DNA of 64,000 bases from Macrostomum lignano (Eukaryota): assembly GCA_002269645.1 (NCBI GenBank), contig NIVC01000862.1, positions 124,001 through 188,000 of the forward strand, written 5' to 3'. The position numbers were made by a program, and so were the translations under genes. The notes beneath the pieces are model-generated. The model saw only the letters and a program-made list of their open reading frames with translations. It was not told the DNA's origin and ran no database searches. Positions 1-14,900 of the stretch are shown here, piece after piece. Every line of letters begins with the position of its first letter. The first letter of the stretch is position 1.

Positions 1-3000
1 ATAAGCAACACTTCCACCCTGATAAGCACTACTCCCACCCAGATAAGCAACACTTCCACCCTGATAAGCACTACTCCCACCCAGATAAGCAACACTTCCA
101 CCCTGATAAGCATCACTCCCACCCAGATAAGCAACACTTCCACCCTGATAAGCACTACTCCCACCCAGATAAGCAACACTTCCACCCTGATAAGCACTAC
201 TCCCACCCAGATAAGCAACACTTCCACCCTGATAAGCATCACTCCCACCCAGATAAGCAACACTTCCACCCTGATAAGCATCACTCCCACCCAGATAAGC
301 AACACTTCCACCCTGATAAGCATCACTCCCACCCAGATAAGCAACACTTCCACCCTGATAAGCACTACTCCCACCCAGATAAGCAACACTTCCACCCTGA
401 TAAGCACTACTCCCACCCAGATAAGCAACACTTCCACCCTGATAAGCACTACTCCCACCCAGATAAGCAACACTTCCACCCTGATAAGCATCACTCCCAC
501 CCAGATAAGCAACACTTCCACCCTGATAAGCATCACTCCCACCCAGATAAGCAACACTTCCACCCTGATAAGCATCACTCCCACCCAGATAAGCAACACT
601 TCCACCCTGATAAGCATCACTCCCACCCAGATAAGCAACACTTCCACCCTGATAAGCATCACTCCCACCCAGATAAGCAACACTTCCACCCTGATAAGCA
701 CTACTCCCACCCAGATAAGCATCACTCCCACCCAGATAAGCAACACTTCCACCCTGATAAGCACTACTCCCACCCAGATAAGCAACACTTCCACCCTGAT
801 AAGCACTACTCCCACCCAGATAAGCAACACTTCCACCCTGATAAGCATCACTCCCACCCAGATAAGCAACACTTCCACCCTGATAAGCATCACTCCCACC
901 CAGATAAGCAACACTTCCACCCTGATAAGCATCACTCCCACCCAGATAAGCAACACTTCCACCCTGATAAGCATCACTCCACCCAGATAAGCAACACTTC
1001 CACCCTGATAAGCATCACTCCCACCCAGATAAGCAACACTTCCACCCTGATAAGCACTACTCCCACCCAGATAAGCAACACTTCCACCCTGATAAGCACT
1101 ACTCCCACCCAGATAAGCAACACTTCCACCCTGATAAGCACACTCCACCCAGATAAGCAACACTTCCACCCTGATAAGCATCACTCCCACCCAGATAAGC
1201 AACACTTCCACCCTGATAAGCACTACTCCCACCCAGATAAGCAACACTTCCACCCTGATAAGCACTACTCCCACCCAGATAAGCAACACTTCCACCCTGA
1301 TAAGCATCACTCCCACCAGATAAGCAACACTTCCACCCTGATAAGCACTACTCCCACCCAGATAAGCAACACTTCCACCCTGATAAGCACTACTCCCACC
1401 CAGATAAGCAACACTTCCACCCTGATAAGCACTACTCCCACCCAGATAAGCAACACTTCCACCCTGATAAGCACTACTCCCACCCAGATAAGCAACACTT
1501 CCACCCTGATAAGCATCACTCCCACCCAGATAAGCAACACTTCCACCCTGATAAGCACTACTCCCACCCAGATAAGCAACACTTCCACCCTGATAAGCAT
1601 CACTCCCACCCAGATAAGCAACACTTCCACCCTGATAAGCACTACTCCCACCCAGATAAGCAACACTTCCACCCTGATAAGCACTACTCCCACCCAGATA
1701 AGCAACACTTCCACCCTGATAAGCATCACTCCCACCCAGATAAGCAACACTTCCACCCTGATAAGCACTACTCCCACCCAGATAAGCAACACTTCCACCC
1801 TGATAAGCACTACTCCCACCCAGATAAGCAACACTTCCACCCTGATAAGCACTACTCCCACCCAGATAAGCAACACTTCCACCCTGATAAGCACTACTCC
1901 CACCCAGATAAGCAACACTTCCACCCTGATAAGCATCACTCCCACCCAGATAAGCAACACTTCCACCCTGATAAGCACTACTCCCACCCAGATAAGCAAC
2001 ACTTCCACCCTGATAAGCACTACTCCCACCCAGATAAGCAACACTTCCACCCTGATAAGCACTACTCCCACCCAGATAAGCAACACTTCCACCCTGATAA
2101 GCACTACTCCCACCCAGATAAGCAACACTTCCACCCTGATAAGCATCACTCCCACCCAGATAAGCAACACTTCCACCCTGATAAGCACTACTCCCACCCA
2201 GATAAGCAACACTTCCACCCTGATAAGCATCACTCCCACCCAGATAAGCAACACTTCCACCCTGATAAGCACTACTCCCACCCAGATAAGCAACACTTCC
2301 ACCCTGATAAGCACTACTCCCACCCAGATAAGCAACACTTCCACCCTGATAAGCACTACTCCCACCCAGATAAGCAACACTTCCACCCAGATAAGCACTA
2401 CTCCCACCCAGATAAGCAACACTTCCACCCTGATAAGCACTACTCCCACCCAGATAAGCAACACTTCCACCCAGATAAGCAACACTTCCACCCTGATAAG
2501 CAACACTTCCACCCTGATAAGCACTACTCCCACCCAGATAAGCACTACTCCCACCCAGATAAGCAACACTTCCACCCAGATAAGCAACACTTCCACCCTG
2601 ATAAGCACTACTCCCACCCAGATAAGCAACACTTCCACCCAGATAAGCACTACTCCCACCCAGATAAGCAACACTTCCACCCAGATAAGCAACACTTCCA
2701 CCCTGATAAGCAACACTTCCACCCTGATAAGCATCACTCCCACCCAGATAAGCAACACTTCCACCCTGATAAGCACTACTCCCACCCAGATAAGCAACAC
2801 TTCCACCCTGATAAGCATCACTCCCACCCAGATAAGCAACACTTCCACCCAGATAAGCAACACTTCCACCCAGATAAGCACCACTCCCACCCAGATAAGC
2901 AACACTCCCACCCAGATAAGCAACACTTCCACCCAGATAAGCAACACTTCCACCCTGATAAGCAACACTTCCACCCTGATAAGCACTACTCCCACCCAGA

Positions 3001-5715
3001 TAAGCAACACTCCCACCCAGATAAGCAACACTTCCACCCAGATAAGCAACACTTCCACCCTGATAAGCACTACTCCCACCCAGATAAGCAACACTTCCAC
3101 CCAGATAAGCAACACTTCCACCCAGATAAGCAACACTTCCACCCTGATAAGCAACACTTCCACCCTGATAAGCACTACTCCCACCCAGATAAGCAACACT
3201 TCCACCCAGATAAGCAACACTTCCACCCTGATAAGCACTACTCCCACCCAGATAAGCAACACTTCCACCCAGATAAGCAACACTTCCACCCAGATAAGCA
3301 ACACTCCCACCCAGATAAGCAACACTTCCACCCAGATAAGCACTACTCCCACCCAGATAAGCAACACTCCCACCCAGATAAGCAACACTTCCACCCTGAT
3401 AAGCACTACTCCCACCCAGATAAGCAACACTTCCACCCAGATAAGCAACACTTCCACCCAGATAAGCAACACTTCTACCCTGATAAGCAACACTTCCACC
3501 CTGATAAGCAACACTTCCACCCTGATAAGCAACACTTCCACCCAGATAAGCAACACTTCCACCCTGATAAGCAACACTTCCACCCAGATAAGCAACACTT
3601 CCACCCTGATAAGCACTACTCCCACCCAGATAAGCAACACTTCCACCCAGATAAGCAACACTTCCACCCAGATAAGCAACACTTCCACCCAGATAAGCAA
3701 CACTTCCACCCTGATAAGCAACACTTCCACCCTGATAAGCATCACTTCCACCCTGATAAGCAACACTTCCACCCTGATAAGCAACACTTCCACCCAGATA
3801 AGCACTACTCCCACCCAGATAAGCAACACTCCCACCCAGATAAGCAACACTTCCACCCTGATAAGCACTACTCCCACCCAGATAAGCAACACTTCCACCC
3901 AGATAAGCAACACTTCCACCCAGATAAGCAACACTTCCACCCTGATAAGCACTACTCCCACCCAGATAAGCATCACTTCCACCCTGATAAGCAACACTTC
4001 CACCCTGATAAGCAACACTTCCACCCTGATAAGCAACACTTCCACCCAGATAAGCAACACTTCCACCCTGATAAGCAACACTTCCACCCTGATAAGCAAC
4101 ACTTCCACCCTGATAAGCAACACTTCCACCCTGATAAGCAACACTTCCACCCTGATAAGCAACACTTCCACCCTGATAAGCAACACTTCCACCCTGATAA
4201 GCAACACTCCCACCCTGATAAGCAACACTTCCACCCAGATAAGCAACACTTCCACCCAGATAAGCAACACTTCCACCCTGATAAGCAACACTTCCACCCA
4301 GATAAGCAACACTTCCACCCAGATAAGCAACACTTCCACCCTGATAAGCACTACTCCCACCCAGATAAGCGACACTTCCACCCTGATAAGCACTACTCCC
4401 ACCCAGATAAGCAACACTTCCACCCTGATAAGCAACACTTCCACCCAGATAAGCAACACTTCCACCCAGATAAGCAACACTTCCACCCTGATAAGCACTA
4501 CTCCCACCCAGATAAGCAACACTTCCACCCTGATAAGCACTACTCCCACCCAGATAAGCAACACTTCCACCCTGATAAGCAACACTTCCACCCAGATAAG
4601 CAACACTTCCACCCTGATAAGCAACACTTCCACCCAGATAAGCAACACTTCCACCCAGATAAGCAACACTTCCACCCTGATAAGCACTACTCCACCCAGA
4701 TAAGCGACACTTCCACCCTGATAAGCACTACTCCCACCCAGATAAGCAACACTTCCACCCTGATAAGCAACACTTCCACCCAGATAAGCAACACTTCCAC
4801 CCAGATAAGCAACACTTCCACCCTGATAAGCACTACTCCCACCCAGATAAGCAACACTTCCACCCTGATAAGCACTACTCCCACCCAGATAAGCAACACT
4901 TCCACCCTGATAAGCAACACTTCCACCCAGATAAGCAACACTTCCACCCTGATAAGCAACACTTCCACCCAGATAAGCAACACTTCCACCCAGATAAGCA
5001 ACACTTCCACCCTGATAAGCACTACTCCCACCCAGATAAGCAACACTTCCACCCTGATAAGCACTACTCCCACCCAGATAAGCAACACTTCCACCCTGAT
5101 AAGCAACACTTCCACCCAGATAAGCAACACTTCCACCCAGATAAGCAACACTTCCACCCTGATAAGCACTACTCCCACCCAGATAAGCAACACTTCCACC
5201 CTGATAAGCACTACTTCCACCCAGATAAGCAACACTTCCACCCTGATAAGCAACACTTCCACCCAGATAAGCAACACTTCCACCCTGATAAGCAACACTT
5301 CCACCCAGATAAGCAACACTTCCACCCAGATAAGCAACACTTCCACCCTGATAAGCACTACTCCCACCCAGATAAGCAACACTTCCACCCTGATAAGCAC
5401 TACTCCCACCCAGATAAGCAACACTTCCACCCTGATAAGCACTACTCCCACCCAGATAAGCAACACTTCCACCCAGATAAGCAACACTTCCACCCTGATA
5501 AGCACTACTCCCACCCAGATAAGCAACACTTCCACCCAGATAAGCACTACTCCCACCCAGATAAGCAACACTTCCACCCAGATAAGCACTACTCCCACCC
5601 AGATAAGCACTACTCCCACCCAGATAAGCACTACTCCCACCCAGATAAGCACTACTCCCACCCAGATAAGCACTACTCCCACCCAGATAAGCACTACTCC
5701 CACCCAGATAAGCAC
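1..5715. repeat. 21-bp satellite (monomers ATAAGCAACACTTCCACCCTG and ATAAGCACTACTCCCACCCAG), often an alternating 42-bp dimer; extends beyond window start
   Basis: Repeat units read directly. The 1493-aa and 342-aa minus-strand ORFs are translations of the repeat. Confidence 0.98.
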
Positions 5716-5936
5716 TGCACTCCCAAACTGGCATAAACGCGAAAACGCAATTAAAAATTATGGTTGAGGCATTCAACCTGTAAAGCAAAATTCCACTGAC
5801 AGACAGACTTTAAATAGAAATTTCTAAGTATATTGGGATAATAATGAAAATTCGAGCAAGTTGACGAGGAACTCATCGTGTTAAAAACACATAAAGCATG
5901 GCCATAATAACGCATCTCAGTCAATGTCGCTTGCAG

Positions 5937-8900
5937 CGAACTGCTCAGCAGTCACCTGCTTCAACGGCGGCAACTGCAACGAGTACACTGCCAGCCCGCA
6001 CTGTCTCTGCCCACTGCCCTACATCGCACCATACTGCCAATCAGCTGCAGACTACTGCTTCACCCTGCAGCCTGACATTGGCATCACTGAGCTGCCTGTG
6101 TGCCTGAATGGCGGCAACTGCACACTGATTTACACACATCCGTACTTTAATTGCAGCTGTCCCGATGGCTATGCAGGTGGGTATCTGATATTTCAAAGCA
6201 TTTCCTGTAGCTAACTTTAACGGCATATGATATAGCAAGCAAGCTATTAAGGATTCAGTCTGAAAGCATATTTAATACTCGCATTTACTGCCAGGAATCA
6301 GGTGCAACGAATTACCAGCAGTCATCGATGTTGGTATGTGTGACACAAATGTTCTTTCTTGACTGACTAACCTGTAATATACGACATTAACTGTTGTTTT
6401 GTGCAGTGTAAGAACTCATGGGAAGACTGCTTTACTGAGTGAGTATTGTTTAGCATATATCTATTCATACAAGCTGTTGAAACCCAAAGATATTGAAAGC
6501 GCTTAATTCCAATCACTCAACTTTTTCTCTGTTTAAATACTGTTAAAATATTCTAGAGAAACTAAACAGAATTAAATATGCAGGCCAGTAGTTCTTGCTT
6601 GAAGGAAAAGGCAGGTCCGATGCAATTCTATTGCCTTTGCCGGATCCTGTCACGATTGTCTGCCTTAATCACATTCGAGAAGTGTTGCTTGAAGATTAAC
6701 CGTAAGATAGATCTGGTGCATTGTAACAAAAATTGGGGGACCAAATTTCGATAAAAAACTTTTTTTACGAGCGTACCTTAAGGGCCAGATAAAGAATACA
6801 GCTTATGGCTGTGGGTTTCATGAGAGTGGAAAGGAGGGGTAATGGAAGATTAGAGAAGAGATATGAAATCAGAACAATACGAGCTAGAAGAAGAGAGAAG
6901 AGCGGAGAGAGGAGAAGGGAAGGAGAGACGGAAGAGGGGAGAAAGGAGGAGAAAGGGAGAAAAGTGGAGAGAGGAGAGGAGAGAGGAAGCTGGCGACACT
7001 GGAGGGCCTCACTGGCCGGCACCAACCCTTCGTCCATAGCGACGCGTCGGTCGTTCAGGGCCAAGTCGGAGCCTCGAGGGTCAGCGCTTCCACCCAACTC
7101 GGCCCCCTCAGTTGCACGCACAAGCCAAGACAAACAAGGAGACACGTCGGCCACCTCTTTAAGACAAGATTCGGGGCGCCACCTTCAATTCCAGCACTCT
7201 CAGTCAGAAATAGAGACTACAGGAGCTGACAAGGCTGGCGGCTGACTTCAACACATTCATCCTGGTAGTTCAAGAACATCGGCGGCAGAACTCTGGCGAG
7301 ACTGTGGATCTGGGCCTGAGCCGGCAATTCAGGGCTGCCCCAGCCCCTCCGCAGGGAACTGGAGGCATTGGCTTCCAGGTCTCGCCTGCCGCATACACAG
7401 AGCTGCTGGACATCAAGTTCCCATCCGAGCGCCTGGGACACGCCTCCGCTCTGTGTTTACCTCAGAAACAGCTGACTGGCAGGAAGCCCAGGCCCAACGC
7501 TCCAAATGTGCCTCTCCTGCCAACCAGACTTTGACCCAGCCCAGCCAGGCGCCTTCAACACCGGCTCCATCGCTGCAGGCCAGGGTGGTAGAGCACCGAG
7601 TACCATGCGAGCTGATGCTGCCGCTGGGGGTGGACGCCATCCCTCCCAGAGTCCTAAAGCTGTCTGAGCTCACCTGATCATCACCAGCCTGCTGAACTAG
7701 CACAGCAGTCTTGGAGGCAACGAGGCTGCCTCAGCTCCTCAGCAATAATTGCACTTCCAAGATTGTCTCCATCCCGAAGAAAGGCCTGGACAACCAGTCT
7801 GGACAACCAGTCTGGACAACCAGTCTGGACAACCAGTCTGGACAACCAGTCTGGACAACCAGTCTGGACAACCAGTCTGGACAACCAGTCTGGACAACCA
7901 GTCTGGACAACCAGTCTGGACAACCAGTCTGGACAACCAGTCTGGACAACCAGTCTGGACAACCAGTAGGGCATCAAGCTAGAATGCCCAAGTTGCTGAA
8001 TTCTGCGCAACCGCCTCCTGCCCGGCCTCAACCCGCTGCTGCTGAGCCTTCAAAGCGGCTTCCGCCCGGGTAGGTCCACCACCGAGCAGGTTGCCACTAT
8101 CCGCTCTGTCATCGAGGCCTGCAAGACCCGCCAGCGCTCCGTGTCAATCATCTTCGTCGACTTCCGCAAGGCGTTTGACTTGGTGCCCAGGCCTGCAATC
8201 GCGTGGCTCCTATCTCACTATGGCGTACCTGCTGCGCTGGTGAGCGCAGTGATGAACCTCTATAGCGACTCCAGGGCTTTTCAGGTCATTCACTGAAGAG
8301 TTCGGCTCCAGCTCACGGCGACACACTGCATCCTCTACTCTTCCTCGTGGTTTTGGACTACGTGCTTTGTCGGTCCCTCCGCGAGGATGACAGCTACTTG
8401 CTGGTCCAATGCCGAAGCTCCAGGCACCCTAATGTTTCGCTTCCCGCTCTCAAGTATGCTGACGACATCGCTCTGCTCTGCCCAGATCCAGCTCCTGTCT
8501 AGCGCGCTCTCACAAGGCTCTGCGATGAGGGCTCCAGTGCTCGCAAGACGCAGGCACTGCACGTGGGCACGAATACCGCCCCAACTCTCATGCTGCCTAA
8601 TGGAGACGGCATCGCGGTGTGCGAGGACTTTCGGTACCTCGGCGCCCTGGTGATTAAACCTGACGCGATTGTCGCCGACAGGAGGAACCAGGCCTGGCGC
8701 GCCGCGCATCTCCTCAGGAACGTCTTTAATTCAGCTGTCAAAGACGACTTGAAGGTGCGCCTGTTCCAACCGGCCGTTGAGCCGGTCCTCCTGTGCGTCA
8801 TGGAGGCTGTGCCGCTGACCGACACGCAAGGGCGGGCCCTGGACGCCCTCTACCGATCGCTGCTGCGCTACGCGCTGGGCGTTCATTACCCGGAGCGCTT

Positions 8901-11900
8901 GCCTGTAGACTCTTGCTGGAGCTCCACCCCTGAGTGCTACCTTTTTGCCAGCACCATCAAATGCTGCTGGGCCACTGCCTACGGACTCTGGGCCGCGGTG
9001 CGCACGTCCCTCTGGCCGTGGCCCTGCTGCACCGGCCGACCGAGCAACTGCGCCGCGGCCAACCCCGGTCTGCCACTCTGACTGACTGCCTGACTGCCTG
9101 ACTGCCTCATCGCCGACATTTATTATAGATGAATGGACTAGCCATTTAGCCCCCTCTGGGGGGCGCAAGAATGACGCAAAGTGGTTTCTGTTTGTGCGCA
9201 ATACTAACTTAACCAATTATTTTAAATGTTGATTTCCGTGAATAGAAAAAACTCTTTTTCTCATTTTTTAAAAGATAATCTACCATGAATCAAAATTTTC
9301 ACCAGACAAAAAATTTTCCTTCCTCAGCCCAAAACCTTTTTGCACAGCAAATAATGCTTATCCCTTCAAGCAAAAACTCTTCGTGCCTATCGTCATTAAC
9401 CTGGGTATATTCTGGTCCCTAACAGCTCAATATGGCAATCCATGACGGCCATAAAACCCTCTTAATTAGCCTAAGTATAAAGATCGAACCTCATATTTAC
9501 TATCCAAATATACTAAATTATTTACTATTAGCAAAAATCAGCATCACTTAGGTGTGTTATCTCACACATGATCTCTGAATTAAATGACTTACTTGAGCCG
9601 TACTATTGTACTTGACTGATTATCCAACAATTGCCAAACAACTTAACCTCCCTCCCCAACAATTTAGCAATTCCCTCCAGTAAGCCTTGAAACCTCAATA
9701 ACTCTCGAAATCTCAGCATGTCAACTACAGCCTTGACATCTACGAGTCTCCCAGCCCAGTAAGCTTTAACATCCCAACGACCCAACTCCACTCCATCAAC
9801 AATTCAGCAATCCCCTCATGAGCCTTGACATCTTAGAAACTCCCATCTTAGGAAATATTTCATGGTTCACACAGCGATTATTCTATGGGTGAACCAAAAC
9901 TGACCCTAAACCTAACCCTAACACCATAAGTGAGTCTTAGCATCCAGTCTTAACCATTCTCTCATAAGCCATGAGCCTTAGCATTTAAGCAAATCCCTCA
10001 TAAGATTAGAAATCTAAATTTTCCCCGAAAGCTATGACCTGTCAGCAATTCCCCCATGAGCCTTTGTACATCTTAGCAATTCCCTCATGAACCCTTTTTT
10101 GTTGACACGACGGTTTTTGTATAATTGAACCATAACCATAGTCCTTAATCTGCAGCTAGCCGAGGCGCAACATTTCATCAACTCCCTTTCAGCCCAATAA
10201 TTTCAAAATTTAGCAACTAACAGTTTGATATCTTGGAAATTAGTCTTATGGTTCCAAATGTAAATAACTCAGAAAGGCTTTTTTCTTATTTTTAACGTAG
10301 ATACTTGGCGTATAATATTCAAGACCTAAACGAATGTTGCTGTTTATACAGTAAATTGACTTCACCTGCGACTATTTTTGTGCTTTATAAATTTCGCCTA
10401 TTTGTATAAAAACTCAAAAACATAAACGACTGTTTTACAGAGCTATGCGGTCTGTACGCTACCTGCACAGACACGTCGGGGTCCTACAATTGCACCTGCA
10501 TCGATGGAGTTCAAAGCAACGGAAAGGATAATTGCACCGGTAAATAAAAACTTTCGACTTAAATAACTTGTTAAAATGCAGTTACTTGCACATGTAACTT
10601 CACTTATGCTCTTATGAGATCGGCCATGAACTGAATCCAATTAGATGTCAACAAGTGCCTCAGCAGCTCCAAATGCGATGCCAATGCCGACTCCATTAAC
10701 CTGATCGGCTCATTTGATTGCATTTGCAAGCCAGGTTTCTATGGCAACGGGACTGTCTGCTATCGTGAGTTGACATGACATATCATATATAATTTGACTG
10801 AAATCGCTCCAGTTGTCTCAATCCCGGATGCATTTTGCAGCTAAGATGCTCCTACCGACAGTAAATGCAACCAATATCACGGACCATGACATTGTCCACG
10901 CACCACGTGGCGTTCCGTTTCTGATTGGCAGTCACGAAAGTTCGTCTTTTCAAGTAAGTACCGCTTTGAAACAACTTACTTTTCGTACAGAGTTGAACTG
11001 TAACTTCGAATTGACAGTTTTTCTGAGAGCTGAAAAAATATTGTTAGAAAAGCCGTAATTAATAAGAATCAACTCCACGATTATCCTGTTCATTTCACTG
11101 TTCATTTAATATTTAAAAAATCTCCACATTAAGGTCAGTAACTATGGCGCCATCAGTTTCTCTGGGTATCTGTGGTATTTACCATACAACTCCACCACGG
11201 CGAAGGTCAACTTTCCTGGAGCCGTCGTGGCACCTTACTGGTTCGTTTATCCTCGTACCTGGAGAGGACGTTGGACTCCAAAACTTTCCTACGAGCTGCT
11301 GAATTCGAGAAACCACAGCTCCAGCTCGAACTGGCGCGCGGTCAAGCAGATCATTGAGCAGGAGATTCGATCCGAGTTCAACCCTCTGACGGCGCTCATC
11401 GTGACTTGGCGCATTCTGACGCCGTCACTGCCGTCACGGTACTATTGGAATCGATTCGACTGCGTCAGAAAATGTCATTCTAGGCCTTGGAACCAGACGA
11501 ACGGCTACATCAGCCTTTGTCTGAGCCTGTGTTCTCAAGCCAAGGCGAATGCGGTAAGTGGGGGAATGTCTCTGAAGTGACAGAGTTCTTCCCAATGACC
11601 ATAATATGCGCTTCTTGCTGGCGATGACCCACAGATGTAAATGTATAACGTACTTACTAACAAGCAGCTGTAGTTTAAAGTTTTCACTTTATAACAGAAG
11701 GTTTTTCATAAAAGAAAGAATACCAAAACATCAGAATGTTATTTTATTCTGTAAAAGGTCAACCGTTTTGCATGCACATTTTCATACTTGAGTTAGATTT
11801 ATTCCATGAAGATCTGACGATCCGGGTACATGTATATTAAGTCTTACCGCTGCACCAAATGAAGAAGTCACAGTTTTTTCATAATTAGAAATATGACATC

Positions 11901-14900
11901 AAGTCAAGCTTCTCGGCTCTTTCTCACCCAGCTGATCACTACGCGGAATTTCAGAGCATCGAGTTCCAAGCAGTTGTAACGCGCAACGAGACTCACTCAT
12001 ACGCCATTTTTAACTACGGCGACTTCCACTTGCCTGTGCCGAGAATCTTCAACTTGAGCTCTCAAAAGTGGGAACTGACAGCATTCTCAGGATTCACGGA
12101 TAATTTTTTAGTTCGAAAAGAGCTCCCATTCAGCCTGCGCCCAGACTGGCCCGAGCTGCCCAATCTGAGCCCCGGAAGTTCGGGAAGACCCGGACGTCAC
12201 GTGCTCCAGCTCAGCATCGGGCACGAGGGTGCACCTGAGTGCGGCAGTTGGATCGCAGCCGCCAGAGCCAACCAGAGCAGCTCTGACTCTCCAGGCTGCT
12301 CCGACTGTCCCTTCGATTTTCGCACGGCAGTCCTTGACAGGCGGTACAGGCCGTACGATTTTGAGTGCTCTGGTGGCAGCATCCGGATGTGCTTCAGCAA
12401 CACCACCTTCAAGTGCGCTCAGAGCTTCACAGGCAGCAGTGCGAGCGGTTGTAAGCCGGAAAATTCCTTGAGATGCGAGCTTGAGAATTGCCGTCAACTG
12501 GTGTCGACCAGGTGCTGCTACAGAATGTCATCGGCAGCTGCTGGCAGCGAAATCAGTCAGCTGTGCCGTAGAAGTCAGTCCCTCGGGAATGTGAGAGCTG
12601 AAATGCGACGGATCCTGTTCGGCATGCCAACCAGTGAGTCAGAACCTGAGCATTGAATAGTAGAATAAGTTGAAGCTGATTATAAACATTATCAAGTTCT
12701 AATTTACTGAATAAAAAAAATCATCATTTGCAGCTGGCCACCTCATCAGCAGCAGCCCAGACGGCGCCGGACACGTAAGGTACTTCTATCGGAACAGCAC
12801 GAATGATAGCATTCAATTTGGTTTCGGGTCTCCACAGTATCAAAATGAATTGTACGGCCTAAGAGTCTGCTCAGCGGCCGGAATGATGGCCGCTTATTCT
12901 GCCGTAAGACCCGTGTGCACCAGCCAGCACTACCAGCCACCAGCCGGAGGTAACTGCCTTGCTTGATCTGGTGCTCTTACTTCTTTTTTGAGTATCTTAA
13001 TAATTTATTTACTCTTGGCTGCTTTGTTGCGGCTCAACAGCTTTAGAACGCGTATTTGGTATATAATATTCAAAACTAACAAAATCTTAAGTTATGTACA
13101 TACAGTGATTTGGCGCGACGTGCGACTATTGTTGTGCGTAATAAACTCCACTAATTTGTCCATAAACTCTAAAAACATCAGACTGTTCTTCAATGCTATG
13201 CGGACAGTACGCTGCCTGCACAGTAGCACCGGGGTCCTACAACTGCACCTGCATCGATGGATTTCAAGGCAACGGGACTGATAATTGCACCGGTAAATGA
13301 GAACCTTCGACTTCATAACTTTTTAACAAATTCTGTTACTTGTAACTTCGCTTATGCTTGCATGAAATCGGACATACCCTGTACTTAATTAAAGATGTCA
13401 ACGAGTGTCTCAACAGCTCCAAATGCGATGCCAATGCCGACTGCATCAACCTGATCGGCTCATTTGATTGCATCTGCAAACCTGGTTACTATGGCAACGG
13501 GACTGTCTGCTATCGTGAGTTGACATGATCTCTTCGTATTGTAACTTGGCTGAAGTCGCTCCAGTCGTCTCAATCCCGGATGCGTTTTGCAGCTCAGATG
13601 CTCCTATCGACAGTAAATGCAACCAATATCTCGGACTATGACATTGTGCACGCACCAGGTGGCGTTCCGTTTCTGATTGGAAGTCAGGAAATTTCGTCTT
13701 TCCAAGTGAGTCCGGTTCCGCAACATCTGACATTGTGTACAGAGTTGAACTTTAACTTGAAATTAACAGTTGCTTCTATGAGCTGAGGAAAAATCAGCTC
13801 AAATTAACTCCTTAATTACGCTTTGAATTTATGTGTATATTTAATGTTTAAAAAATCTCAACACTCAGGTCAGTAACTTCGGCGCCATCAGTTTCTCTGT
13901 GTATCTGAGGTATTTACCATACAACTCCATCACGGCCAAGATCAACTTTCCTGGAGCTGTCGTGGCGCCTTACTGGTTCGTTAAGCCTACTCCCCTCTAC
14001 TACCGAAGCGACTGGACTCCAAAGGTGTGCTACGAGCTGCTGAATTCAAGTAACCACAGCTCCAGCTCGAACTGGCGAGCGGTCAAGCAGATCATTGAGC
14101 AGAAGATTCGATCCGAGTTCAACCCTCTGACTGCGCTCATCGTCACTTGGCGCATTCTGACGCCATCACTGCCGTGGCAGAGCTATCGGAATCGATTCGA
14201 CTGCGTTTCGAAATGTTATTCTAACCAAACCTGGAACGAGACGAACGGCTACATCGACCTCTGCCGGGGCCTGTGTTCCCGAGCCGAGGCAAATGCTGTA
14301 AGTGGAAAAGTGTCTGCAAAATAGCAGAGCTCATTTTATCGACCATAATTTACACTTTAATTCGCTTGCGATGACCTGCAGATTGAAAAATATCGTAGTT
14401 ACTAAGGCCGGCCCTATTGGTTTGTAGCGCATCTCCGAGGATTCCTGCAACTCAAATGTTAAACCGGCATCAATAGACGCAGTTTTTAAGCAACTGGCAC
14501 ACGTGGTTTAAAATTTCAACTTTTAACTGAAGTTGCCATGAAAAAAGAGGGACACCAGAATATCAAAATGTTCTTTTTCTCGTCAAAAATCAACAGGTTT
14601 GCATGAACCTTTTAAATAATGGCTTTGTAACCGGTTCCCAGTGGCTGATTAGCTCTTTAGGAGTTTAGGTGCAAGGGCTTATTAGATATTTCATGGCAAA
14701 GCCGAGAGTTATCTACTCGTAGCAAAATCAATTACGTCTAACAGTTGAATTTTCTTTCTTTCAGGAAGATCTGCCACCCGGGAATGTAAAGACTTAGCAG
14801 TATCTGATAATTAAAATGAAAAAGAATGATGCGAGAATGTCAAAACGAAACAAGAAACTACGAATTTAGCGTTTGTAGATATTTTTATAATCTACGAGCG

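Noticed and set aside
1307-5788. 1493-aa and 342-aa minus-strand ORFs
   Set aside because: Translations of the 21-bp satellite; no domain content or gene structure.
7010-7110. GGCCGGCAC... as a possible HDV-like ribozyme at the LINE 5' end
   Set aside because: I could not build the P1/P3/P1.1 pairings by hand. A covariance-model search would be needed.
7786-7967. Short-repeat arrays (13, 27, 30, 42 bp) as possible CRISPR arrays
   Set aside because: Units are contiguous with no unique spacers, there are no cas genes, and the context is eukaryotic.
9900-9925. CCCTAAACCTAACCCTAAC telomere-like motif
   Set aside because: Only about three degenerate units; too short to mean anything.
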